From assembly GCF_009914755.1 (NCBI RefSeq), contig NC_060929.1: a stretch of 64,000 bases of DNA; one strand, 5' to 3'. Under the pieces are notes generated by a model that saw only the letters and a program-made list of their open reading frames with translations, had not been told where the DNA came from and ran no database searches. Each line of letters starts with the position of its first letter. Position 1 is the first letter of the stretch. This DNA comes from the human T2T-CHM13v2.0 reference genome, Homo sapiens. This document shows, piece by piece, positions 15,633 through 27,930 of the stretch. The position numbers and the translations under genes are program-made.

Positions 15633-15933
15633 TTTTTTTTTTAGACAGTCTCACTCTGTCGCCCAGGCTGTAGTGTGTAGTGTAGTGGTGCGATCCTGGC
15701 TCACTGCAAACTCTGCCTCCCGGGTTCAAGTGATTCTCATGTCTCAGCCTCCTGAGTAGCTGAGATTACAGGTGTCCACCACCACACCCAGCTAACTTTT
15801 TAAAAATATTTTTAGTAGAGACAGGGTTTCACCATGTTGGATAGGCTGGTCTCAAACTCCTGACCTCTGATGATCTGCCTGCCTCAGCCTCCCAAAGTGC
15901 TGGGATTACAGGCGTGAGCCACCACGCGCAGCC
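15633..15933 (-). mobile_element. AluS
   Basis: TSD tagacac(t/c)atttcttt at 15620-15635 and 15934-15949. Confidence 0.94.
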
Positions 15934-16118
15934 TAGACACCATTTCTTTAAGACACGTTTCATATATATTTTTTTTAGTTCACCTTCAAGTGTACTGTCC
16001 TAACCTAAAGAATAATTCCAAGAACACTTCCTCATTTAGACAATCAATACAGAATGAGTACACCTGTGAAAAGTGGTAAAGGTTCAGATAATTTAGAAAT
16101 ACTTAGAAGTAGAAGGCA

Positions 16119-16490
16119 TTAGTCACCTTAGGCTCAGTTGGCTGTGGTAACAAATGATGCAAAATATTAATGGCTTACAATTTCAAAGACTTATGTTTTA
16201 TGCATTTACATTTCCATTCTAGGACTCTCCAGAACTCTAAGATGTCAGAACAAACTTTGGGACATAGCTGGTCTTGTAGCAAAGGATACAAAGAATAGAT
16301 GAACTACACCTGGCTCTTCGAGTGTCTGATAGAAGAAACACACCTTACCCACAGCCATGTTACATTGGCCAAAACAGGTCACGTGGCCACACTTGGGGCC
16401 AGTGAAGTAGAGAAGGATAATATTTCTACAGAAAAGGGATACCACAGGGAGGAGCAGCCAACATTTTGAACAGAAATATAATCTGCTATA
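16119..16490 (-). mobile_element. MLT1I/J-type LTR
   Basis: attagtcaccttaggctcagttggctgtggtaacaaa...cattggccaaaacaggtcacgtggccacac. Confidence 0.7.
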
Positions 16491-16529
16491 TAGGACATTT
16501 CATAAAGTAGGTCAAATATTTTTGGAAAA

Positions 16530-16720
16530 AAAAAAGAGGGGAGTCTATGTATGGTCAGTTAAGTTTAGGAACTCCTACATAATACCCATCTCTAGAGCTA
16601 TGCAATGTAAACCAGCACACCGAAGGCTCTCAGAAGTCCTGCAATAGAAAAATAAAATCAAGATTGTTTAACCCCAAGTTTCCAAGCTTTGTTTCCATGG
16701 AACATTTTCCAAACACCATC
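16530..16720 (-). mobile_element. MER103-like element
   Basis: tggtcagttaagtttaggaac...aaggctctcagaagtcctgcaatag...tgtttaacccc. Confidence 0.65.
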
Positions 16721-17399
16721 TCAACATACCTCAATAATTTGAGGTATACTCACCAAGAAAGTCAATTATGTTATAGACAAAATACTGCAACACTTTCTTC
16801 TACTATAAAGCATTCATTTGAGCTATTCCTAATAGAATGTTGCATAATAAACTCTGTGTAGCTTTGAGCTATTCGTGTGTTTTTAAAAATGTGATATTCT
16901 ACTAGGTCATCCAAAAACCTGGGGAATTCTATGCAAATATCTTAATATTCAACAGTTACAGGCTGTTGAAATTTAATAGTGTTAATGGAGAACACATAAG
17001 AGGTGACTCTAATAAGCTAGCTCTTCCAGGTAGAAGAGTGTTCCCAAAAGGATTTTAATTTTAAATCCTTCTCATTACTATGTTTGGAATTAGGCAATTC
17101 CTGTAAATTGAAGCAATGCACTTTTTTCCCCATTTATGGGAATCTGTCATTTTAGAAGTTCATAAATAAGTTCTGCAGTTATAAATTAGTATAAAAGTAC
17201 TTAATTCTATGAGAGTCATCATCAGGGAAGCTCATTTTCTACTTTTTCTCCACCTCCACCCAAATGCATCCTTGTACCTCCTCCACTGGGATACTCATAA
17301 GGTGCAATGTGATTTATGCTGCTGTGGAAGTGGAGGTTCTTGTTTCTCAAAGTCACTATGGCTGGAGTGTGCCACAAACAGAGGTGGCTGTGGTTGCCT

Positions 17400-17960
17400 C
17401 CTAATTCCTCCAGTTTTAAGTCATTGTGGTGATCATCATTTTGAAAACCCATCCTCTCTTCTCTCCCTGCCACCTTCCTTTCCCTTATCACTGCCTCCCA
17501 GTCAAAGTTTCTCTGGCTCTTCCTCCTAGATCTACTCCTTAAATCATGGGGTTCCTCCAAATTCTTCCCTTGACACTCTTTTCAAGTCACTTTCTACATC
17601 TGCCAGGGTGAATTAATCTGCTACCTGGCCTTCTGCCCCACCTAGATCTGTCTCCACCCCACATTGCTCCTAGCTTCGGTCCCGTATTCTAACTGCCAGT
17701 AGGTCATCTCCACCTAACCTCACATCTGCCTCAAAATTAATGTATCCCAAGCAAAACTCGTCATTTTCCTTTCCTAAACCTGCTCTTTTTTTCCCTCGTT
17801 CCAATTCATTGCTTCAGCACCAATTGAGCCTCTTCAGTAAAGAATGAGGCATTATCTGTGGCTCCTCCATCTCTGTCACCCCTAAGCTTCACCTCATGCC
17901 CACCTTCAGCCTCTGCAGCCCCATAAATATGAGACTCGAGATGTTCTTCTCTATCTCCGT
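17400..17960 (+). mobile_element. L2 fragment
   Basis: catctccacctaacctcacatctgcctcaaaattaatgtatcccaagcaaaactcgtcattttcc. Confidence 0.7.
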
Positions 17961-17989
17961 GTGCTTCAGATGCTTATTACCACTTTCTA

Positions 17990-18230
17990 GGCTTCTGAGA
18001 GTGGGATATGGATTCTGGCACCCAGACTGCTTGGGATGGAACTCTAATGCTACAATGTCTTTGGAGTGACTTAGCCAAGTTATTCAACCTCTCTGTGCCT
18101 CAGTTTCCTCATCTATAAAAAAAGGATCATTACAATGTCTACCCCAGGGGGTGGTTGTATTACTTTGGTAAATAGGTGCAAAATGCCTCACACATGGTAT
18201 GTGCACAATAAATAGTGGTGGTTAGCATTA
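17990..18230 (+). mobile_element. MIR
   Basis: aagttattcaacctctctgtgcctcagtttcctcatctataaaa core. Confidence 0.85.
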
Positions 18231-18547
18231 TAAAAACGCTTTAGCTGATTTCCCTGGTACTAGCATCATTCCCCTCCTATTAGAATCATCTTTCTAAGAA
18301 AAAAAAAAACTTATCAGGTCACTCCTTAGCTTCTGCTGGCTTTCTACTATTTAAAGACTAAAACTCAACTTTCCTAGCAGGACGTTTAAGACCCTTTGAA
18401 AATCTGTTCCCAGGCTACCTTTCTGGAGTATTTCTGGCTGTCTTTCTCTAAACGCGGAGTCTACACTCTCAGCCAATCTGAACTTCTCACCATTCCGCAA
18501 CCACTCCATGCCCTTTCATAGTCCTGTGCCTTTTCAGTGACTATTTT

Positions 18548-18937
18548 TGTGTTAATCAGCTTTCCTAAGGTACGCTGCTGTAACCAGCATCCCATGTCTT
18601 GGAGGTTTTCAACAGCAAGGTCTATTTCTTGCTTGTATATTACACATTGGCTGCAGGTTGGCCTCAGCTTTATTCCAAGAGTCTTCTTTTTTCTGGGACT
18701 GAAGTGAAATGAGCAGGTCCTTTCTGGAAATGGTTTTCTCACATGTCAGAGGGAGAAGAGTAATACTGGAATGTCACGATGAATTTTGCTCATAAGTGAC
18801 ACAAATCACTTCTGTTCACATTTTATTGAGCTGAGCAAGTCACATGGCCAAAATTGACCTTAAATGGGGCAGGGAAATATAAACCTGTCACAGGGAGATG
18901 GAACAAGTAATTGGAAACAATAATGTGATCTCGCACA
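18548..18937 (-). mobile_element. MLT1J-type LTR
   Basis: tgtgttaatcagc...gctgctgtaacc...gagcaagtcacatggccaaaattgacc...ggggcagggaaatataa. Confidence 0.75.
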
Positions 18938-19123
18938 GTATCCTATATTTGAAATGCCACCACACATTCCTCCTTTTCCCCATTCTTCAAACCTTCAAAG
19001 CTGCATTATCACTTCCTTTGTGAAGCGTTTCTTTTGCCACCAGGTAGAGTTAGCTCACTTCTCCGCATTCTTGCAAGCCTCACTTCTAAGAATGTGCTTA
19101 TTACACTGGACAAATGACCACTT

Positions 19124-19290
19124 CTTTTTTTTTCCTTTTTTTTTTTTCTTTTTTTAGAGATGGTGTCCTCTCTGTTGCCCAGGCTGAAGTGCAGTCTCAT
19201 GATCATAGATCACTGCAGCCTCGAACTCCTGGGCTCAAGTGATCCCTGCTCCTCAGCCTCCCAAGTAGCACGTGACACCATGCCTGGCTA
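19124..19290 (-). mobile_element. Alu monomer (FRAM/FAM-like)
   Basis: single arm: gatcatagatcactgcagcctcgaactcctgggctcaag...catgcctggcta. Confidence 0.85.
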
Positions 19291-19779
19291 CAGCCTTTTC
19301 TTGATTTCTCTGTCTCCAGTTCCAAGCATCTCAGAACATACTGACAGAATGAATAAATCAGGCAGTTTGTTGCTTGGCAATTTATTAGACAGGATTGGGA
19401 ACTAATATGCAGAGGTAGGTGACCAAGTAAATCCTTCAATCAGGCAGAAAGGAGTTGGAAGGATCAGTGAGACTCAGTTTGGTTTTTTCTCCATGTTCAC
19501 TAAATACTTACATCGTTTTCTTATTTTGCCCTCAGTCTGTTGCTATGCAAGAACAAATACCTTAGAGATATGCTATTTATGCAAACAGCCTTGGGCATTT
19601 ATATATATATAATATTCAAATTAAAATAAATTATGCACATATAGTGTTTGTTAAAACTTTGCTTCACATCAAGTGATCTATTAAAAAGACAAGGCCAGCA
19701 AAATTATCTCCATGAACCACCAGTAAGCTTCATCTTTAGTAACCTTTTTGGACAATACTAAATCAAATTGCTAGGTTTT

Positions 19780-20220
19780 CAGTGTTACCTCCAAAGTACT
19801 GCAGATTCATCCCCTGCCAGCATTTCACTGGCACTGTCTTAGTTTCGGTTCTCATCACTGTTAATCTGCACTTTTATCACAATGCTTACTTGGTTTCCTT
19901 CTGCCCAGGGAATTCCCTGCTGCCACTTCCTCAGCACCCTTCAATCAAGAAGCTATTCATCAGGCATTGCCTTCCTTCTGAAACCTCTCTGACGCCCTAT
20001 CTTCACCGTCCTCCAACAGAGTTAAATCCGGTCTCTGTGTAACTTTTTATCATTGTGTTTGATCGCATTGCATTGTAATTATTTGTTTATTTGTCTGTTT
20101 CCTCTTGATGGAATAAGAGTCGTTTGAGAACAGGCACTGCAGTATGCTAATTCCTCCCTATACTCAGAGCAGAGTGCCTTGCACATACGTAACGTGTTCA
20201 ATTGATGCTTGCTTGTTACG
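19780..20220 (+). mobile_element. L2 3' fragments
   Basis: tgtaattatttgtttatttgtctgtttcctc...gagaacaggcac...agagtgccttgcacata. Confidence 0.7.
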
Positions 20221-20487
20221 TAGAGCTGCTGTTGAACTGAAGGCCAAAATTATGAGTTATAAATTTCATGATCAGTAATATGGTACAACTTATAACACTT
20301 TTTTGATCTTGCATTCTAACATATGCTAATATTTTCATGATACATGGAGAATGGAGTGTTTCTAGTATTAATCATATGCTTTATGTTAAGTAATGTAGAT
20401 TTTCACTTTCATATATAAGCACCATGCAAGGCTTTTTGGAAACGAACCAATTCTCATGAGAACTTATTAGTGTATTAAGAAAACACT

Positions 20488-22092
20488 GACACCAAAAGTT
20501 CAGGCTAAAAAAGCAAAAATAAATAAATGAGACTACAACAAACTATAAAGCTTCTGCACTGCAAAGGAAACAGTCAACAAAAAGAAAAGGCAACCTACAG
20601 ACTGGGAAAAAGTACTTGCAAAACACGTATCTGATAAGGGGTTAATACCCAAAATTTATAAAGAACATTTATAACTCAATAGCAGAAAAATAAATAACCT
20701 GATTTAAAAAGGGGTAAAGAAGCTAAACAGACATTTCTCCAGAGAAGACATAAAATGATCAACAGGTATATGAAAAGGGTACTCAACATCACTAAACACC
20801 ATTGATATGGTTTGACTGTGTCCCCACCCAAATCTCATCTTGAATTGTGACTCCCATAATTCCTATGTGTTGTGGGAGGGATCCAGTGGGAGATAATTGA
20901 ATCATGGGGTTGGTTTCCCCCATATTGTTCTCATGGTAGTGAATAAGTCTCATGACATCTGATGGCTTTATAAGGGGTTTCCCTTTTCCATTGGCTCTCA
21001 TTCTGTCTTGCCTGCTGCCATGTAAGATGTAACTTTTGCCTTTCACCATGTGAGGCCTCCCCAGCCATGTGGAACTGTGAGTCCATTAAATCTCTCTCTT
21101 TTTTTTTTAATTAATTACCCAGTCTCGGGTATGTCTTTATCAGCAGCATGAAAATGGATTAATACAACCATGGAGATGCAAATTAAAGCCACTGTGAGAC
21201 ACCATCTCATACTCATTAGATACCATTTCACACCCTTTTGATAATAGGACTATTATTGAAAAGTCAAGAAATAACAAATATTGGTGAGATGGTAGAGAAA
21301 AGAGAATGCTTGTACAATGTTGGTGGGAATTTAGATTGATACAGCCATGAGGGAAAACAGTATGGAGGCTCCTAAAGAAATTTAAAAATGGAACTACCAT
21401 ATGACCCAGCAATCCCTCTTCTGGGTATACACACAAAGATGAAATCACCCACTCATAAAGATACCTGCACTCTCATGTTCATTGTGGTACTGTTCCATAG
21501 CCAAGACATGGAAACAACCTAAGTGTCAACAAATGAATGGATAAAGAAAATGTGGTATATATGCATATACACACATACACAAACACACACACTGGAATAT
21601 TATTTAGCCTTAAAAAAGAAAGAGATCCTAATGCTTGCCACAACATAAATGGACCTGTACACTATGCTCCGTGAGTAAGCCAGACACAGAAAAAAAAAAT
21701 AGTGCAAGACCTAACTTATATGTGGAATCTTAAAACAGAAAATCAAATAGACAAGGAGAATGAAACAGTGGTTATGGGTCAGTGGGGAGAAAATAGGGAG
21801 ATGTAGGTCAAAGGATAAAAAGTAGCAGATAAGTAGGATGAACACACCTAGAGATCTCATGTAAAAAATGGGGACTATAGGTAGTAAAATTGTATTGCAT
21901 TAGGGATTTTTGTTAAATAAGTAGAGTTCAGCAGCTTTTGTCACACACACACACAAAAGTGACTATGTGAGAGGATAGATGCGTGAATTTGCTTCATTAT
22001 AGCAACCGTTTTACTATCTATTAATACATGCATCTCATCACATCATGTTGTAAGCCTCAAATATACACAGTAAAATTTACTTTTTAAAAAAG
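20488..22092 (+). mobile_element. 5'-truncated L1MA (ORF2 C-terminal region plus 3'UTR), interrupted by THE1B
   Basis: aagcttctgcactgcaaaggaaacag...aggcaacctacagactggg...gaactaccatatgacccagcaatcc; probable TSD aagaaaa(ca/tg)ct. Confidence 0.9.
20803..21166 (+). mobile_element. THE1B solo LTR
   Basis: tgatatggtttgactgtgtccccacccaaatctc...taataca, 364 bp; perfect 5-bp TSD accat at 20798-20802 and 21167-21171. Confidence 0.95.
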
Positions 22093-23199
22093 AAGAAAAT
22101 GCTTTCCAAAGAAATATTCTTCATAGGATATTGTATGATGGCTAAAGAAAAATTAGATGATGCCATAAGTGTTTTTATTATCTTTGTAATAGAATACAAA
22201 AGCTAAAGTTTTACTTAAATCAAAAATTAAAGAAATAAAGAGAATTTAAGTTGCGTGCTTTAGAAAAACAGTACAACATACTGACTTAACCAGCTCTTCT
22301 AAAAGAAAAGAAGTCAAGTACAAATTACATCCATTTAATTAGCTCAAAGATGAAAATTTCAGTTTTAGTAACTGTAATACATGTTATGTAAGAGACCATG
22401 AGGAACAGATCAAAAGGGGTTGTAATTAAAGTGAATCTTCCCAGAACCTTGGGTTACATCAGGAACCTGGCCAGAACAAGCAAGGCTACTGACTTTTGCC
22501 AGGGTCATGTTTGGAGGTCGCTTTAACATAGCTCTTTGCTTAAAAAACATAATTTGGGCATAAAAGGGCTCCCAACGTTCAATGATCTCCATGTGCTTCC
22601 CATTAGGGTTAGAAGAAGAAATGCTGTGGTAGTTTCTTCAAATAAAATGGAATGGGATTTTCAGAACTCTTTCCAACTTGGCAAAACAGGATGTGTGTCA
22701 ACCTGGACATCAGGAAGGCCCAGATATTTCTAAAATAGAGGGACACACAGTCATTCAGAGTCACATATGAACCATTGTAAATGGTAACCTAGTTGCTCAT
22801 TTTTTTTTTCATGGAGGAAAGCATCTAGGTCAGCTCATATGGCTATCTACTTTACTCTAAATAACATAATAATTTTAAAAAATATAAGTCAATGGCAAAA
22901 TATTGTCCGTAAGTTCCCTTGCTAGCTAGGCTATTATAGACTTGGAAGTTGCCAGAAATGACCTGTCACATCTTCTCTTCTTCATCCACTCCCCACCAAG
23001 AGAGCATGATTGATGACCCAGAGCAGTCAATCCCCTTCTGTTTCCCATCTGCAACTGGGCTAATAGGAAGCAACTAAGCCGAGTGTAGCATCACTTTTGG
23101 TTACTTATCCGGTATCCGCTTCCCCTTTTCCCCACTTCCCCAGCCACTGAGACATAAGTAGATATTTGCCTGGGGTTCTGGTAAAAGCTTTTGGTTTCC

Positions 23200-23252
23200 T
23201 TTTTTCTTTTCTTTCTTTTTGTTGAGACAGAGTTTCACTCTTGTCACCCGGG
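23200..23252 (-). mobile_element. Very short Alu 3'-end remnant
   Basis: T-rich tail plus gagacagagtttcactcttgtcacccggg. Confidence 0.8.
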
Positions 23253-24149
23253 TGTCAATGAAAAGCCCCCATTTTAAAACATCGGCTCTGACCCATGACA
23301 TAGCAACATTATGGCCTCGTTCCTTTAACTCACAGTTTCTTCCAGTGCTAAGAATTATGACAAACTGTCCTACCTATGTTAAATTTTCAGCAAAGTTTAT
23401 AACTTAAGAGACCTGGTCAGTTGGAAATAAAAGAAGTCTCACACTTATAATGTTTAAATAAAAGAAGATACAAGTCTGTTACACCAAGCTGTACATAACA
23501 TGGTCCTCATTATGAAAATCCTACCTCAGAATTCTAACTGTAGTTAGAGTGTTCACCTTTCATTATTCATGTAGAAGCCTCAGATGTAAGACTTTCATGT
23601 GGATTCCATAATTATCTTTTGCAAATTTTGTTTTTATGTGATACTCACTGTAGTCATTTTCCAAGTGCTAACATGTAGATTCCTATAGGCACCACTCATA
23701 TTTCTGTTTAAAAAACAACAGAAACGTTCAAACTGGTAACATCTGATTGATAGACTGGGTTAGGGATGCTTACACCTGGAGTGTAGCCAGACCCGAGGCC
23801 CTTGCAAACACACAATTATACTAGATCCATCACATCAAAGCCATTTTCTGTGTTGCTTCCAATTTTAGGTCTGGCACATTGTTTCAACTCGTTCTGCTTT
23901 AAAACTCTCAAATAGTTTTCAGATGAATGGGTGCAAAATGGCAGCTTGCATATCTTCCTTTAACTCTCCTTTTTGGAAAAGTGTCCACCAAAGAATTTAG
24001 AAATGAAAGAAATCCATCAATTAAGCATTTGTGTTATTAATAATAGCCACCATTGACTGAGACACTGTGTGCCAAGAATTGTGCTGATCTACATTACCCT
24101 TCACCAGTCTATAAGGTAGACTGATGTTGGTCTCTCGATATTAAATCCT

Positions 24150-24690
24150 TCACTCATCCATTTGGAGAGTTTTATGAACAGCCACAGGACTACACCCTGG
24201 GAATACAGTACTGAAAAAAGTAGACCTCCTGCCCCTTACCCCTCCCCACCCCAGCCCTCTACAAACACACAAACATCCCATGGAGTCTAATGGGGAACAG
24301 ACATCCCAATGCAGTGAGTGTCAAGAAAGAGGGAAACTGAGGAGCATATACCAGGGGTCCTAACCTAGACAGGGATGGGAAGAAAAACCTCACGGATAAA
24401 AAAGATGTTTAAGCCTGGACATTAAAAGTTATTCCGGCAAACAGGGAGGCGTTACTGGTGCTAGAGGTGAAAATCACTCCAGGCAGATGAGACAAGATGC
24501 TGTTGGACAAGACGGCCCAGGAGCAAGAAAGAGTCAGGTAGCACTTCCGAAGGACTGAAAAAAAAAAAAAGGCCACTATTGCTTGAGCTAACAGAACTAG
24601 CAAGAGAAGACTGGTGAGATAGGCAGGGACCAGATGCTGTGGGCCACATTTGGAACTTTATCCTAAAGGCAGTGAAAAGCTATTAAAGAT
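24150..24690 (-). mobile_element. L2 fragment
   Basis: ctgggaatacagtactgaaaaaagtagacc...tttggaactttatcctaaaggcagtgaaaagctattaaag. Confidence 0.7.
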
Positions 24691-26072
24691 GGTGGTGGTG
24701 GTGGTTGTTACTGTTTTAAAAGAGTGTACGGGATGGGGGACAAATAGGGAGAAGAATGATCAGATTTAAACCCAGAATCTGAGAAATAACATTGCCCAAA
24801 GTCACTTTAAAGCTGGAGTTTGAACCCAGCGGGCTAGATTCCCACCTTTTGCTCCTAACCCATGAATCTCTATTGCCTTCTAGTTTTACCAGCTTCATTC
24901 TAGTCGGGGCAACTTATCAAAATCCATCAAAAGACCCTTCAAAAGCACATGTATCTAGTGCTTACCATGTGCCTGGGCCTACATTAGGTGTAGGGATTCA
25001 AAGGCCCTGGCCTGGAGATATGCCCTGCCTTCTGTTCCTTCTCAGTTGCTACTGTAGAATTTGGAATCTGTATTTCTGACTCTATCCATTAATACATATC
25101 ACAAGGCCTGTTTTATTTTTGACCTAGAGCAACATTATATCAAAGCATAAGTTAGCTGCAATTGGAGGTTGTGAGGGAAACCATTCTCTCATTAGCAAAA
25201 TCCCCAATATTCAATATAATGCCAACATTAACATGTGACATGGATACCCAGTTGCAGATGAGTAGACTGAGGTTCTGAAGGTTAAGCCACTAGCCCAAGG
25301 TCACACAGGTGGAAAGTTCTAGGTTGAGAGGCCTAGAACTGTCCTCTGGGAAACCAAACTCTCAGGGCTACACAGTCAAGCAGGTTTTCTCTGATCAGGT
25401 GCTCAGTCTGAAAAGGAAGGAAGGGGAGAAGAAAGGGCTTGAGGAAGAATTTTAATATGAAGGACACTGTATGCAGGATGATGAGACTGTCTAATCATTC
25501 CCCGTGGCTTTAAATACTTTTATTGACCTCATTGTTAAAAATCCTCACAGAAGTCAGTATTACAGAGAAAAGAAATTAATTTTCAATTTTAACTAAACCT
25601 CATTTTTCTTCCCTACTTGTTTTTTAAGTTAAATGTTACATGTGGTTGGAGTTGCTAGTAAGTTATGCAATTTTGCTCAGACAAATAAGTAAAGAATAAA
25701 ATATTTATAAAAATCAGAAGGTATATTTGCTTAGGTCTTTGAATGTCTTTTTCAAAAGGCCTTAAATCCCTATGGATTAATCAAGCACATCTCAGATATT
25801 GTCCTTACAATGCTCAGGAAAGAAATGACCCCTAATAGGATAAAAGGCACATTACGATCTGAACTTGAGAATTTGCCTGGAAATTTTTCTTTAGAACTGG
25901 AATTACTCTAGAAAGTGTATGAAACACTCTGAGCTTTTCATTATTTCCCCAAATCATCTATCTATAGGTTAGCAATGCATTTATACATTTTACCCATAAA
26001 AATAAAGTAGATCCAATTATGCATATGTTTATTGGTATTTATTGTACTTCTACTTTGAAGAGCTCTATGTTA

Positions 26073-26300
26073 TTTCTTTTTTTTTTTTTTTTGAGATGGA
26101 GTCTCACTCTGTTGCCGAGGCTGAAGTGCAGTGGCGCGATCTTGGCTCACTGCTAGCTTGGCCTCCTGGGTTCATGCCATTCTCCTGCCTCAGCCTCCCA
26201 ACTAGCTGGGACTACAGGCTCCTGCCACCACGCCCAGCTAATTTTTATTTTTTTTTTGTATTTTTAGTAGAGATGGTGTTTCACTGTGTTAGCCAGGATG
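26073..26300 (-). mobile_element. 5'-truncated AluY
   Basis: Y diagnostics ttcatgccattctcc and gtgttagccaggatg; flanking repeat tgaagagctctatgtta at 26056-26072 and 26299-26315. Confidence 0.93.
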
Positions 26301-26794
26301 AAGAGCTCTATGTTACTGATCTCATTTTAAAAATCATATTCTTTGGGATACTGCCTCCTTTAAGTGTAGGGCTAACTCCTTTCCCCATGTTTTTTTACAA
26401 CTTAGCTACTGATCATGTTTAAACAAGAAATAGTAATGCTTATGTTATACTTTAGAGGACTATGAATATCAAAGTGAATGTTCCTTAACTATTAAAAAAA
26501 TAAAATGGATGAAAGTAATTTTGCTTATTAAAAATAATTCAACTTTACAACAGCTAGTTCTCAAGTGAAATTGAATCCCAAATTAATCCCAAGTGATTCT
26601 TGAAAATGCTATAAAATTCAAATCTAGTACCATCAAATTTAAAAAAATGGGAAAAGGGTTAAGGATAAGATTTGATAACCTTATTCCATTAAATAATAGT
26701 ATATGGAAAGTACGGAAATGGGATTTTAGAATTATTAAAATTTAATTCCCAAATTAGAGTTGCAATAGCAAAGGGTCAGAAGGCAGAGAAGAAA

Positions 26795-26795
<1 letters not shown>

Positions 26796-26828
<33 letters not shown>
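26796..26828. repeat. (TG)16 microsatellite
   Basis: read directly. Confidence 0.97.
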
Positions 26829-26830
<2 letters not shown>

Positions 26831-27719
26831 TCCCTCCTTCTTTGTCCTCGAGCAGAAAGTAGCTCCACCACTTGTAAAGGGAGTCCCTAGAGAAAGGAAA
26901 AGCCCTTAGCTACATTTCCCAGATTTGGAAACCTGGAAATGCTAGAATTGTGAGGGCAGGGTGTGGCAAAATTTCTACTTTTCACTGTTTAGAAACTCTC
27001 TTATCTAATTGGAACCAAACCATCTATGTAGTTAACTCATTTAATTCTTACAAACCCGGGACACGGATCCCATTTTGATTATTCCTACCAAACCAATGGT
27101 TTTTCTAAGACATAATTTACCAAGTAATTTATCAGAGGTGACTTAGTAAATGCAGGACCTAGAGTTAGCCTCAAGTCTTTTCTATTATTTTCTCTTCCTC
27201 TCCTGAATACAGAAATATAGGCTTTGATCATTTACATTCTCTGAACAAATTATTTCCACATGAGAACAGATTACATCCTTTGACTATGATGAGTAGAGAC
27301 AGATCCTCTGGGGAGGCTGATTTGCAAGCTGGGTACTTGAAAATCCCCAGGGAGGACTGGTCAAAAAGCCAGAAGACCATACAAGCATGGGGGGAAGGGA
27401 CTGGGAAGTAAGAGGGAGATGAAAGTAGGGAGGTGGGAAAATACTTGGTAACTTTTCCTTGGACCCTAGAGACCCGTGTACCATTGTAAACATCATTTGG
27501 GTATCTCCTTTGACACTGCCTCTGTTGTCTGTGCCTGGCATAACATGGAAAGGTAAAGCAGTGGTCCTGTGATATTTTAGGTAACTAAGGACCACCTATG
27601 ACTGATAATCAAGAGGCAAATACTGTTTCAATGATGACCGTGAATAACAATTAGAAGAAGAGCTATTATTTATGAAGAGCTTATTGCATGTCCACCGCCA
27701 CCATCATCATCATCAAAAT

Positions 27720-27930
27720 TCATTAGCATGTATTGAGTCCTCACTATGTACCAGACACTGTTCCAAGCTCTTTGCAAGTATTATCCCACTAAATTTGTAC
27801 AACTATTCAGTCAAGTAGATACCATTATTATCTCCCCTTTATAGAAAGCAGGAACTAAGACAAAGGCAGAAACATTACTTGTCCAAGCACACAGCATTCA
27901 AACCCGGGGATCTGACACCAGTGACTGCAA
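27720..27930 (-). mobile_element. MIR
   Basis: tattgagtcctcactatgtaccagacactgttccaagc...gcattcaaacccgggg. Confidence 0.8.

Noticed and set aside
23533-23548. Palindrome tctaact-gt-agttaga
   Set aside because: A 7-bp stem is expected by chance many times in 64 kb.
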